Below, in pieces: positions 12,341 through 25,210 of a stretch of 64,000 bases of DNA. The DNA is from Tubulanus polymorphus (Eukaryota > Animalia > Nemertea): positions 13,256,275 to 13,320,274 of the forward strand of contig NC_134032.1 in the NCBI RefSeq assembly GCF_964204645.1. The letters run 5' to 3'. How positions within the stretch are numbered: the first letter of the stretch is position 1; the number at the start of each line of letters is the position of its first letter. The position numbers and the translations under genes are program-made. The notes beneath the pieces were generated by a model. That model saw nothing but the letters and a program-made list of their open reading frames with translations. It was not told where the DNA came from and made no database searches.

Positions 12341-12924
12341 CGATAGAATTTTCCCCATTTTCAACTTATTCGTATTCTAACACCTCGTCTCGCGCTGCGT
12401 TTGGTTCTCAGAAGTGTTTGAAAGTTCAATCGTCGTTCGTCATTAAGATTGGACTAGTCCGAAAGCGGCCGCGCGTGATAACAATAGTTGATTTTAGTAA
12501 CGATGTTATAACGTACAATATAACAAAATCCGCCGAGGACAATGAGTACCGTCCTGCCCGGGCACTCGGCCCGAGATTCCCATTTATGCTCATACCTCTG
12601 GTTCCATTGGAATAATAAGCCTCGTGGTGGAATATTTTGAATCGGAATTGGGTTTAAAAAAATCCAGCAGGTTTTAGAGAATAATCGAGTTTGCGGTGTG
12701 GATTACTACTGAACTTCTCAATCAGAAAAACATTATATATCCAAATATGGAAACGAAACTCCTGGACGTAACGTCGTTTTACGACGTTGAAAAAAGGTGC
12801 AGTGATTTTACGAATGTTTTACTTTTTAACTAGTCTTTTTTACATTGGAAAAAAACCTCGTTCAGCAAATTAAAAGCAATGGATATTTATTTGCATATTT
12901 CGTATTATTACCATCATTAGACCT

Positions 12925-13160
12925 GTGAATTTGATTTGACTCTGGACCCAGTTCCACATATTTGTAGATTTAATTTGACTCCGAGCCTAGTTCCACAGTT
13001 GTGTAGGTTTAATTTGGCATTGAATCAAGTTCCACATTTGCGTAGATTTAACTTGGCTTTGGACCCATTTCCACAGTTGTGTTCTATTTGACTCGACTCT
13101 GAACCCAGTTCCTCAAAACTGCGTGGGACATTATTCGACTTTTTACTGTAATTTCCACAT
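12925..13160 (+). repeat. 39-bp minisatellite, diverged array
   Basis: Same unit. Confidence 0.85.
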
Positions 13161-13832
13161 TTTTTGTCGTTTTAAATTTGCCTCGTGATCAACAAAACAG
13201 AACGTGAGACCTATTACTGAAATATACACGCGTGCTTTTGTATACGGTTTCAAGTAAGTTCAATGAGAAATGTTAATCATATATTCTGATGTCGATTTTT
13301 GATGGTTCGATGTTGCCCGTGATAACGATGTTTCCCCCTGTACCAACGGCTATAATCTGTTTGCTTAGTCATTTATGTTCGCGTTGTTTTTGTTATCTTG
13401 TAACTTTTCTCGGTCCCTGTCTGGGCGAGATATGTCTGGCTGACGAATTACAGAACACAATCGTCTGGTCGTTACCGTAATTGCCAATTTTCACCACGGC
13501 ACAACACTCTTTTCATGACGTCTATCCGAATCGCCACTTGCGTTAGCTTCGAAAACTCCTGGGGACATTTTGCCAGTCGGTCAGTGGTGCACATTTTGTT
13601 GCTGCCTACCACATGCAGGGGCGTAGCATGAAGTCAAACCGTATTCACATACCGCAATTACAGGGCGAATCGCTTTAAAGTTTTCTGTAATCGTTGTTTA
13701 AGCTTGTGACAGATCTAGACCGGGAGCCACGGCCATTTTAGCCAAGAGAAGAGGGACGTAAGATCTCAGATAGTAGATCATTAAGAAGCCGATAGCGAAT
13801 GTGGGTTGCTGCCGTGAGAAAAATTGTGCCCT

Positions 13833-13936
13833 GGGCCCAGTTTTATGAACTGGTATTAACTTTAACCCAGGGGCTCTAACTCAATTCATTTTCAATTGAG
13901 TTAACTCCCGTTATACCAGTCTATAAAAGCGACCCC
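13833..13936. mobile_element. MITE (GGGCCCAGTTTTAT family)
   Basis: Imperfect TIRs GGGCCCAGTTTTATGAACTGGTAT / ATACCAGTCTATAAAAGCGACCCC. Confidence 0.7.
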
Positions 13937-14291
13937 TAACGGGTTGAATATGAACCGCTGAAGTATCGGCTGGTCAGTCGAAGTCTACGTTTTCCGCCAC
14001 AAAGACCTGAACGATCTGCACTATTGTATGCCCCGAAATGAAGCCTAATATCGCAAAAAGTCTCATCCATCTGAAAAAAAACCTATACACACGAACTCAC
14101 TCGGCGTATCAATTCATCACGTGGAAATCAAACGTTCCCGAAGTTATCATCGATTTTTGAATCGGCAATTGCAAAACTCGCCGAGTTTAAAATCACCTTT
14201 GCCGAATAGATTCGACAAAAAAAAAACACGCATACTAAACACAGGAACTGTATCGCAAACCATCGGCGCGTGCCCGTGTACTGAACCATCT

Positions 14292-14533
14292 GGGGTCAGT
14301 TTTACAGACTGGTGCTAACTTAAACCCGAGGGTTAACTGAATTAAAAACGAATTGAGTTATAGCCCCAGGGGCCAGTTGCACAGTCGTGACTTAAGTCCA
14401 TAAGTGGTCTTAAATCGTAAGACTGGTCTTAAGTTGTTAGATTGGCTATAGAACTAAGTTGGTCTTAGACTCTAAGCCATGACTATGGAACTGGGCCCTA
14501 TGTTTAGTAATACCAATCTACAGAACTGGGCCC
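14292..14533. mobile_element. Host MITE interrupted by the 14370-14498 element
   Basis: The two halves, rejoined, match the reverse complement of the uninterrupted copy at 13833-13936. Confidence 0.75.
14370..14498. mobile_element. MITE (GGGCCAGTTGCACAGTC family) nested within another MITE
   Basis: TIRs GGGCCAGTTGCACAGTCGTGACTT / AAGCCATGACTATGGAACTGGGCCC. Relatives lie at ~34470-34600, ~35755-35890 and ~36750-36855, and possibly ~860-1050. Confidence 0.8.
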
Positions 14534-14664
14534 AGATCATTTTAATCAGCGAAACGATATTGTACCGAATTCGCCTTAAAATATGTCAACCTTGTTTTTT
14601 CGAATCCAATCGCAGGCGAATCGTCCGACTTGCCGAGGAAATTCGCCTCCACAGTCGGTAACAA

Positions 14665-15177
14665 ACTGTGTTCAATTTGTCAAGCTGTGTATAGAATATT
14701 CAAAACTGATCGGGGACAAGAAAAATATCTTTCATCACTACCACGAAGTTTAAGAATCTCACTATGTATAGATTTAGATGTTCCAACCATAAATTACCAA
14801 TAGAGACTGGTGTTAGATATGAAAACAAACCACGGAACGAACGAAGTTTGTAATAAATGTTACGAGAATACTATTGGGGACGAATATCATTTCATACTGA
14901 AGTGCGATTTTTTCAACGCTATTAGAATTTTGTATTTTGTATATACAGATATAGAATTGGCGAAAATCATTATAAATTCAAGCAATTGCTCAGTAATGAA
15001 AACTTGTATTACAGTCTTTCTAAATATATTACGACTGCTACACGGCTGTTATCTAGGGCTATTAATATGTACAAGTTTGCCAGCTTTTATATTTATACTA
15101 TTTATACTATTTTGTTATGCTCGGAAAAATTGTATATCTTTTTGGAGCAATAAACTAAACTTGAAACTTGAAACTTG
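14665..15177 (+). mobile_element. 3' remnant of a non-LTR retrotransposon (RTE-X-like ORF2 C-terminus), frameshifted
   Basis: YRIFKT..EKYL..LP, then YRFRCSNHKLPIETG/RYENKPRNER/VCNKC..IGDEYHFILKCDFFNAIR (CCHC-type finger). Ends AATAAA followed by an (AAACTTG)n tail. Confidence 0.8.
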
Positions 15178-15447
15178 TTTAAATACCGCGATCAAACCGA
15201 GTGGTCATTGTTATACTCGTATCATTATGGCTATCACACGAACACGCGATGTTCTGTGCCCGGACGAGGGATCACTCATTCGATTCACATATTATAACGC
15301 GTGTTAAATCGAATTAATATTGCAAGCCGTGATACGATTTTCAAACCGTATCGGGAAATACATGAATGGCTTTCGCGTTAATTATAACCGTTTTAGCAAT
15401 ATAATCATCGGTTGAAATTTGATTATGACCTATTTGATGATATATTA

Positions 15448-15912
15448 CCCAATTCCACAGTTGTGTGGGGTTTAATGATTCTCTACCCAGTTCGACTGTT
15501 TTGTGGGATTCGGTTTGACTCGGATCCAGTTCTACAGCTGTGTCGGGGTTTTAACTTGTATCTTGAACCAGTTTCACAATTGTGTGATTTAATTTGATCC
15601 CGGGCTCAGTTCCACAGTTTTGTGGGTTTAATCTGTCTCTGAATCCAGTTCCACAGTGTGTTGGTTTGATTTGATTCTGGACCAATCTCCACAGTTTTAC
15701 CGTGTTTAAATTCGTCTCTTGAACCAGTTCCACAGTTGTGTGGGTTTAATTTGATTTTGAAATCAATTTCCCAGTTATGCGTAGTTTCATTAGACTCCGA
15801 TCCCAATTCCAGCCAGTTGTCTGGGTTTTATTTGTCTCGTGAACAGTTTATAGAGTTACGTGAGTTTAATCCAGTTCCTTAATAATCTCAATAACGAACC
15901 CAGTTCCACAAT
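15448..15912 (+). repeat. 39-bp minisatellite, diverged array
   Basis: Same unit. Confidence 0.85.
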
Positions 15913-16333
15913 TGTTTCAGTGAAATAGAATTCACGTGTCCCCGCATTTATTTGTATACATTCATATCTATCGTGACGAAAATGACGTTTAAACGCATTT
16001 CAAATTAGTCACGTGTTTGTAGTACATGCGAGTATGAGAGTCAGTTAATATTTAAATAATGAATTAGTTTGAACGAATATCGCAAATTGCAGCTCACCTG
16101 AAATGTACGATAAAGTCGCATGTATATATCTGTTCATACGTTCCTATATTCAACGAAATGGATAACAATTTTTTCTCTATGTTTTGTGAAGAATCGATGG
16201 GTTGATTCTCGGCGTGAACCCCGGTGTTAGTGATAATAATGGGCATCGTTAACGACATGCGTCATTGTGGACGTAAAATCGACAGTCAACTGGGTTTTTC
16301 CGCTTCCATCGCTTGTCCCTGACATCCAATGTA

Positions 16334-17640
16334 TTGACTCTAAACCCAGTTCCACAGTTGTGTGGGTTTGATTCGACGCTGGACCCAGTTCCACAGTTGT
16401 GTGGGTTTGATTCGACTCTGGACCCAGTTCCACAGTTGTGTGGGTTTGATTTGACTCTGAACCCAGTTCCACAGTTGTGTGGGTTTGATTCGACTCTGGA
16501 CCCAGTTCCACAGTTGTGTGGGTTTGATTCGACTCTGGACCCAGTTCCACAGTTGTGTGGGTTTGATTCGACTCTGAACCCAGTTCCGCAGTTGTGTGGG
16601 TTTGATTCGACTCTGGACCCAGTTCCACAGTTGTGTGGGTTTGATTCGACTCTGAACCCAGTTCCACAGTTGTGTGGGTTTGATTCGACTCTGAACCCAG
16701 TTCCGCAGTTGTGTGGGTTTGATTCGACTCTGGACCCAGTTCCACAGTTGTGTGGGTTTGATTCGACTCTGAACCCAGTTCCACAGTTGTGTGGGTTTGA
16801 TTCGACTCTGAACCCAGTTCCGCAGTTGTGTGGGTTTGATTCGACTCTGGACCCAGTTCCACAGTTGTGTGGGTTTGATTCGACTCTGAACCCAGTTCCA
16901 CAGTTGTGTTGGTTTGATTTGACTCTGGACCCAGTTCCACAGTTGTGTGGGTTTGATTCGACTCCCGACCCAGTTCCACAGTTGTGTGGGTTTGATTCGA
17001 CTCTGGACCCAGTTCCACAGTTGTGTGGGTTTGATTCGACTCTGGACCCAGTTCCACAGTTGTGTGGGTTTAATTCGACTCTGGACCCTGTTCCACAGTT
17101 GTGTGGGTTTGATTTGACTCTGAACCCAGTTCCACAGTTGTGTTGGTTTGATTCGACTCTGGATCCAGTTCCACAGTTGTGTGGGTTTGATTCGACTCTG
17201 AACTCAGTTCCACAGTTGTGTTGGTTTGATTTGACTCTGGACCCAGTTCCACAGTTGTGTGGGTTTGATTCGACTCTGAACCCAGTTCCACAGTTGTGTG
17301 GGTATGATTCGACTCTGGACCCAGTTCCACAGTTTTGTGGGTTTGATTCGACTCTGGACCCAGTTCCCCAGTTGTGTGGGTTTAATTCGACTCTGGACCC
17401 AGTTCCACAGTTGTGTGGGTTTGATTCGACTCTGGACCCAGTTCCACAGTTGTGTGGGTTTAATTCGACTCTGGACCCAGTTCCTCGGTTGTGTGGGTTT
17501 GGTTTGTGTCGGAATCCAGCTACGGAGTTTTTAGGGTTTTAACTCTAAACTCAATTCCACAGTTGTGCGGGTTAAATTTTGCACTCAGTTGTGTTTTAGA
17601 GTCCATGATTTGACCGTGTCCCCCAGTTACACAGTCATAC
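16334..17640 (+). repeat. 39-bp minisatellite, main homogeneous array (~30 units)
   Basis: Unit GACCCAGTTCCACAGTTGTGTGGGTTTGATTCGACTCTG; the array degenerates at its 3' edge. Confidence 0.97.
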
Positions 17641-20279
17641 GTGGGTTCAATTTCGCGGGTTTTTGCGTTTTATCTTTTTACCGAGTCTATAAACCTTTTG
17701 ACTTTGCACTTTATCGAGGCATAACTTATTCAAACCTAAGAAATAGAAAACTAGAACTAAACCCCAAAGAAACAGTAAAATTGACCATAAAATCGAAGAA
17801 AACCATAAAAACGAATATTATGAATTGTTGGTGGAAAATTTTACACAAACTGAGTTAATTCTATGAGCGCTACAACTGATTAATCTGTTCCCCATGTTTT
17901 ACCAGTATCTACATAAATACGTCGGAGCTTGTAATTTATGGAGTGTAATTCCTGGCGTCAAAAAGAACTCACCAACTGCACTCCGAGGACCGGCTGATGC
18001 GGCGTGCGCGATGGAGTCGTTGATTGCAGCGCGCGCTTTAGACACGACGGGCCAGGAATTAGTTTGCTCGACACGCGTGGGCCCGCACTCCATGGGGACG
18101 CTTTGTTTCTTCGGAATCTTAATGACAACTGCATATGTATATCTATATATATGTATACACGTCGCTCGCTATAGCGTGACGTCTTAAGACCCGAACTAGA
18201 TCGTCGCATGAACTGCGTTAGTACTAACGTGACCGCTGAGCGCCGATTCTTTTCGTAGAAATAGTATGACGTGTTGACCTGAGCTTATAGCTTTAAGATA
18301 CGATCAGATCGTAAGGAGACGAGTCCGCGACGTTTTTGATCGGGAATCTTTTCGACATGAGTTTACTTAACGCAGACCTAACTGATTATACGAACCGATG
18401 ATCTCTGCCCGGGATCGGCTTCAGTGAGCGGTGTCTTGACCAAACGCGCGCTGTTTGACCACGTCACCAACTCGATAGAGACTCAATTAGCAACTTTTGA
18501 TCGAACCCCCACTTAGATCAGTGACAGAAAATCAACGTCTTGGTTTACAACCAATCGACTGACATATTCCGAAGATGACAAAATGAAATGGGAACTGAAA
18601 TGTCCAGCGACCATTGTCGAGGGTAGTACAACTTCTAAAAAAGACATACCGGTAATCCACGACAGACAAGGGGCCTAGGGGCACCCCGCGGAAGATTTTA
18701 AAGTTAAACTGCTTTCGGTGCAATCTCCAAGTAACAAATAAAGTCCTGATGCAAAGTGCTTTCTAGAAAATTTACTGCAATGTTGAACTATCGGTGAAAT
18801 CCCCACCCCACAGCTGCGTTGTTACAACAGGTTATAACAGCATGTTCCAGGTGAACCAATGTGTATGAATATTTCATATTGACCTTCTTCCGTATAGTGT
18901 TCAATACAAGGACACGCTCTCTCCCTCTCTCTCTCTCTCTCTCCCTCTCTCTCGCTCTCTCCCTCTCTCTCCTCGACAATCTCCACATATATATATATGT
19001 ATAACCGTGAGTGGGATGTTTGTTCATGGGATACATAATTCAGCATGAACTCACTGTCCGCCAGGAACGACATATATCTATTTGTTTAGGTCAAAGCCTT
19101 TACGCATCATATATTTTAGTTCGTATTAACCCAGCGGGAGTATGTTGAATACAGCAGAACGGTGTCTGCTCCTGTTGAATTTCCAATGGATTTTTTACGA
19201 TTTCGAATCCAGGATTCGTGGGTTTGAATCCCGGTGGCAGCGTTCAATCAGTCTTTTACGTCCTGACCTCTCATCAGTTTATCGCTTTGAATCCTGGTGG
19301 TAGCAGTCAGTCAACCGGTTCCTCGTTAATCGGGTAAATCAGTCAGGGCGAACTTCTATTATCGGAGTTAGTCCACTATAGTCGAACTAAGTGAAATCGA
19401 AATGTCAGTCAGTCGGAACTATATATTCCGGAAATAGATCGGAAATTAAGCGCATTCGGTTATTAGTTCCGACCACTGGTCGACAGACACGAAAACCGAA
19501 TATGGCCCAGTCAGTGTTTCACGTACTGGTCTCATCAATTTGGGCGTCATTATTTCCTAATTCATCTAAACGCGTGTGTTGTGGATGGTTACAATCCACT
19601 AAATTCTATGATTCAACCCGATTCAATTAAAATCGACGATTTTTAGACATAGTTTCGGATATATTTTGACGCGTTTTGAAGATGATATCTCCATAAAACT
19701 GCGCGCGGTCTTCGGGGGCTCTGCAGGGAGAAAAATTGCGATGCGACATTCGTGTTTTTAGATTTAATCTATGATTAAAATGGCGATATTGAGCACATGG
19801 CCTCATCCCATCCGACTGAAACCCCGCGAGAGAGATATGTGTCTATTTTCTGTTACACCGGGGTAGTAATGTAAATTTCTCTTCGAGTGGTCCGTAAAAA
19901 TATTACCGGTTACCATGGTACTCTGGTTAACATTAAATAACCTCCTGTTTAGATACTGATATATGCGGGAAACGTCCTGCGGATATATATAAGTTTAAAA
20001 AGCTCGACGAGTTAGCAACTCGGTATAAACTATAGTTTTCTCGGTTAAAAGCGATGTTGTCGACTTAGCTCGCCGCTGAAATGGCACGCGTAAATACTTA
20101 ACAGAAAGTTTTTTTTTCACGAGAATAAATCACCTTGAATCAAAGTCCTAGGGACAGTTTCGTTAGGCGTGGATCATCTGGGTAATAATCTGGGAATCAT
20201 AGACAATCTATCAACTTATAAGATTTAAGATCAATTTTGGTGTTACTCTAACGATTGAGAGAAGTGATCATGAAATCAC

Positions 20280-20348
20280 GCGCACACGCAACGGGATCGA
20301 ACCCGGGTCCTGATCAGGCGTGCTTACCTGACCAATTGAACTGGCCCA
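20280..20348 (-). pseudogene. tRNA-like SINE head or tRNA pseudogene
   Basis: The minus strand reads CCAGTTCAATTGGTCAG..GACCCGGGTTCGATCCCG, giving A and B boxes but no intact cloverleaf. Confidence 0.45.
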
Positions 20349-21987
20349 CTTGGTCAATTGTTTAACAGCTTGTCGTATGCGTAACACAGGGACTATGAAA
20401 CCGAGCCGTCGTTGCGGGCTTATAGACCAATTTCCTCTTATCATTATCATCTTTACCCGTCGTTAGATTTCCGATCATAAAATACGGTTTCGTCGGAATC
20501 GTCGATTAGGCTTTGAGACATCGCCCCGTGCTCTCCCGAAGGAGAGATCGATGTCTTGAGCGCATTGTCGTCTCGGAATCACTATCTTTGAGTGTTCCGT
20601 TGTTTTAACGCGTCTCTGTGATATATCCTATAACGAGGTTATTTCGCTTTGATGTCGGCTACCACACCCTACAGTGATTAGACGGTTAACCGTTTGAAGT
20701 GTTTATTTATAGACGCCGCTATCGATGAACTCTGTTGATTATGATTCGTATTATCACATGATATAGACGTGTTATTCCACATGAAAGGTTTTTTGTCACA
20801 AAATTATTTTTCGTCTAGAGTTTTCTCCTAGAAATTTGATCGCAATTCACAATGCGAGGGTGCAGATCGAGATAACGAAATGTATCGTAAGTTGGGTGGG
20901 GATAAAGTCCCGGGAGCTGCCCCTGTATTTTAGTTTAGAGAACGATTGAAAAAAGCTGGGATACCTCGTTTATATAATCATATTATTAGAAACTTTATTG
21001 TCAAAGAAGAATACTTTTATGACAAGTGCATAATTAACAATAGTTAGATTATTACAAAGATGATGAATAACCAAGTATATCGTAGACCAATCAGATTGCG
21101 TTACGCATTTCAGCAGCGTCAGGTGGTTTGTATATGAGCCAATGATAGCTGGGATAAGCCATGACTTTGAAACTGGCATCGAGGTCAATCGAAACCTGCC
21201 TAAAACGGTCGTTTGTCAAGTTCTTTTTCCCTAGCAAATACCTCCTAAAAAAATTAGCCTTAATCAACATAGCATTTTTAGGTCTAGTTCATAATCTATT
21301 TCCTATATCTGTACTTCGATTTCCGATTTCAAAATCAAACCCTCTGTTTCGCTCCCGGCAGGTGTGGTGGGTCTGTAAGGGACACTTAATCGAAAAATCA
21401 AACAAAATTTACCAGCCAAATAAATAAATAATGGGGACAATCCCTATTTTAAGATAAAAAAAAAATAATCTATTTCCTATTTTACAAATATTGCCTTATT
21501 TTACGATTCATCGATGTTACTAAGGGGCAGTCAGTTTGGGAATAGAGTAGGTGTACTCCTACACGATAGTAAATTGTTCGGGTTTATGGCGGATCGAGCT
21601 GTACCGAGTATATGGACGGGAAATAGCGTAACCGTGATTTACAATATACAATCGCGTGACGATGCAGACGATATAAACATCGTTTCGTGCGTTCTCACAA
21701 GAGGATGAAACGAGTGAGAGCACGTGAGAGAATCTGCACCGATACAGGAAATACTCGCCGAGATGACATAAATAAATAACTCATTGTCACTTTATACTGC
21801 TTAGTTACGACCGCGTCGATAATAATATGTAGTCGGCGGTCAATGGGGAGTCTCCGGCGCTTACTGCGGCAATTGGGGATTGCAGTTGTGGCAACGAAGT
21901 TGCATTGCAAGATGCGGCATTGTTTCATTTTTGCGGAACTCTTTGGATTCAGAAGTTCGGGAAATCGATGATCTGAACATATTTAAA

Positions 21988-22515
21988 CACCACCACCACA
22001 ATCACCACCACCACCACAACCACCACCACCACCACCATCAAAACAATCGCAACCGCCATAACACCACTACCACCATCACCACCACTACTACCAACATCAA
22101 AATCATCACAACCACCACTCCTACCACTACCACCACAATTACACCACTACCACCTCCACAATCACCACCACCACCACCACCACCACCACCACTATCAAAA
22201 CCATCGCTACCGTCATAACACCACTACCACCATCACCACCACTACTACCAACATCAAAATCATCACAACTACCACTCCTACCACTACCAGCACAATTACA
22301 CCACTACCACCAACATCACAACCACCACTTCCACCATAACCATCACCACCACCACCACCACCACCACCACCACAATCACCACCAACACGACTCCTACCAC
22401 TACCACCACAATTACACTACTACCACCACCACCAACATCACAACCACCACTTCCACCACCACCATCACATCATCACCACTACACCTCCACCACCATCACT
22501 ACCACCATCATCATT
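21988..22515. repeat. (CAC/CAT/TAC)n low-complexity tract with an internal ~157-bp duplication
   Basis: The CATAACACCACTACC.. block occurs at ~22057 and ~22214. Confidence 0.9.
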
Positions 22516-23573
22516 CCCCCAGATAATATCGAACGAATAAAAGTAATTAAGCGCTCGTAGATATCGAGAATATATTGCCTTCTGTTATCGGCTTTCAGTA
22601 AATATTGCGACCATTTTGCGCCTCAACTCCGGGCATTAATGCGGTAACCGTGATTGGTTGTTAGCGCGTCAGAACCTCGATCCCGTCGCGTTATGAAGTG
22701 CATTCCTCGAATCCGCGTCTGTCCACGAACATCCATTCCCGAACATGTTAATCTCCAGTAACAAACCATCGACTGCAGTATTGTTCGGTCACGGCAAAAC
22801 GGCCATTTGCGAAAATAAACTCGAAGGTGGGCGGAAAGATTCTGCCCGAAACGTAAGAAAAAAAAACAATAACAGTTGTTTGTTCGAATCGATATTGTGG
22901 GTTTCTGTTAATGACGCGTAATAAGTCCATGGTTACCGCGAATAACAATGTGAAGGCCGTACTACCTCTTCGCTAGCCCGGGAGTCACGTGACACGTCTG
23001 CTCCACTGTTGGAGAGAACAGTAGCGTGTAGTACAGGCACTGAGGCCCTTGAATGAGTTGACAACTCTTTTCTATCATATGACCTTAGACTAAAAGCTGA
23101 CAACACCGTTATTTGAAAGGCACTGTATGTTTTCAGCGAACCCTTTTCCTTACAGCAGCGAGTAGAACGGACACTTAAGATTCTCAGAGAACCTTATTCC
23201 TGCGTGGTACGCGAATAGAATAGGTTAGGTTTTCGATGCGCCGTTTACCTCACAGCTGGTGGCAGCGGTCTATATAGAACTGACTGAGTAGAACCCCTCT
23301 CCGACCAATCATCTGATGATGTGAAAGCAATGAGTATATTAAGTTGAATAGGGGGAGAAATGATAATGTCGAAGATGTTATTTCGTGAGAGAAAAAAAAA
23401 CAACGAGCAATTACATTAACTGAAAAGATCATTTTTCGCTATTTGAGCAATAATTAATTATCAATTGGAGAAATATATTCGACGGCGCCCGCCGGGTAGA
23501 AGTGTCCTTATAGCGCCGAGTGTTGATAGCAGTTTATTGGAAATTCGAGATTCAAGTAAAACATCGCTGCCGT

Positions 23574-23777
<204 letters not shown>

Positions 23778-24693
23778 GGGCCTATAATATTAAATTCTTT
23801 GTGGCATAAAACGTCGAATCGACGTTATTTTCATAAACATCTGCGACGAAGTAGCCGTGCATGCTATTTTGAAATGGGAGCCGTATTCGATGAACGTATT
23901 AAAACAGTTCGACTGCGAGGTGTCTGCGTGTGCTTGATTTAGATCGCGGTATCAAACAAAACCGATTTCGCCCGGAGTCACCCGCTCGTTTATACAAATG
24001 AGTATCACTCGGCCTGTATTTGGTATAAAGTATAGAATCCGCTTAATTCGGATCATTTGGAAACAACAAAATTCGTCCGGTTTACGGGAAATCCGAATTA
24101 AAAGTTTTGCCGCCAAACCGGAACGAAGCTAAAGAGAGCAATGTAGTTGAAGTCGCGGGGATGGGTAAGAAAATAATTCCCACCGATCTAAAATGATGCT
24201 CAGACAAGGAGGAGGCTGGAATGCGAGATGGTCACCACCGCGCGAGTGACTAGATTTTACGGTATATATGCAAAATCGATCCGCTTGAAATGATCGTGAG
24301 AAGAGACGGTTTGCGACGAGTCTTATAAATCAGCGCACTTATAACCGAGAAAATTCGCAGCTCCGGCAGCGACGGCAACCGATTTCATTAATTGCCTATT
24401 GACCCGTTAATTGGGACTATTGCGCGGGATGATTTCATTATCTAATTAGAATCAGGGTCGTATCGCGCGATCGGCGTCTTGTCGTGATTTACAGACTGGC
24501 ACAAGTGTAATCAACTCCGTCAGCGAAAGCGACCAGATTTACGTCTATTCGCCCGCGTTAACAACACAACGACGTCGGGAAATATGCAGCAAAATGTCGA
24601 AATCAATCGCAGTCTGTGTGTGGTGTGTATGTAAAAGACCAACAATAATGAAGATTTAACAACAAAATCTGTGATGTTTCGTTTCGGACGCTT

Positions 24694-25210
24694 CCGAGTG
24701 GCCAAGGTGGTTAGAGCGCTCGACTCGTGGGTTCGAACCCTGTACATTACCGTAGTGTCCTCGGGCTAGACACTTAAGCCCAACGCACACGGCAAAACAT
24801 TTGTTTCGCCGAAACAGAAAACTCGTTTTCACAAAAGGTTTTTCGTAAAACGTTTTGCCCGCAAACGATAAAACGTTCAACGCACACGGGAAAAACGTTT
24901 GCGTCTACAAAAAACGTTTTTCGCAAATCAAGCAGTGCTTGTTTCGCGAAAAACGTTTTTTTGCTCGTGAAAAACGTTTTTTGCTCGCGAAAAACATTGT
25001 TCAGTTCGGCATTTTGTGTTTTGCCTCCCCTGCACACGGCATAGCAAAAAACATCGAAAACGTTTTTTTCACGAGAAAAAACGTTTTTTCGGTGCCGTGT
25101 GCGTTGGACTTTATCCTCATTGCCTCTCTCCGCCTATGAGTAAATGGTACCTGGTCTGATAGATGACTCCTGAGCGCCTAGCAGCTGCTCGGATGTTACT
25201 TCTCCCCAGG
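24694..25210 (+). mobile_element. tRNA-derived SINE with CORE-like centre, split by a MITE
   Basis: A box TGGCCAAGGTGG and B box GGTTCGAACCC, then GTCCTCGGGCTAGACAC[TTA]TCCTCATTGCCTCTCT..GTAAATGGTACCTGG. An uninterrupted relative lies at ~45900-45995. Confidence 0.75.
24777..25110. mobile_element. PIF/Harbinger-type MITE (334 bp) inserted into a SINE
   Basis: TTA TSD and a 17/18-matching TIR AGCCCAACGCACACGGCA / TGCCGTGTGCGTTGGACT. The interior is built of repeated AAAACGTTTT palindromes. Confidence 0.9.

Noticed and set aside
14810-15307. 165-aa ORF as a host gene
   Set aside because: Its N-terminal part is the frameshifted C-terminus of a LINE ORF2, and the rest is the element's 3' UTR and flank.
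16334-17500. CRISPR-like regular array
   Set aside because: Units are head-to-tail with no unique spacers, there are no cas genes, and the context is eukaryotic.
16313-17542. 409-aa (+) and 276-aa (-) repetitive ORFs
   Set aside because: They arise from a 39-bp (13-codon) minisatellite lacking stops. Sister arrays have indels and stops, and the + strand ORF has no ATG start.
21880-22218. His/Thr/Pro-rich ORF, tempting as a metal-binding peptide near a zinc transporter
   Set aside because: It is a CAC-type low-complexity tract with a non-ATG start and no splice signals.
24694-24745. tRNA gene
   Set aside because: A and B boxes are present, but the anticodon arm is deleted and the sequence runs into a SINE body.
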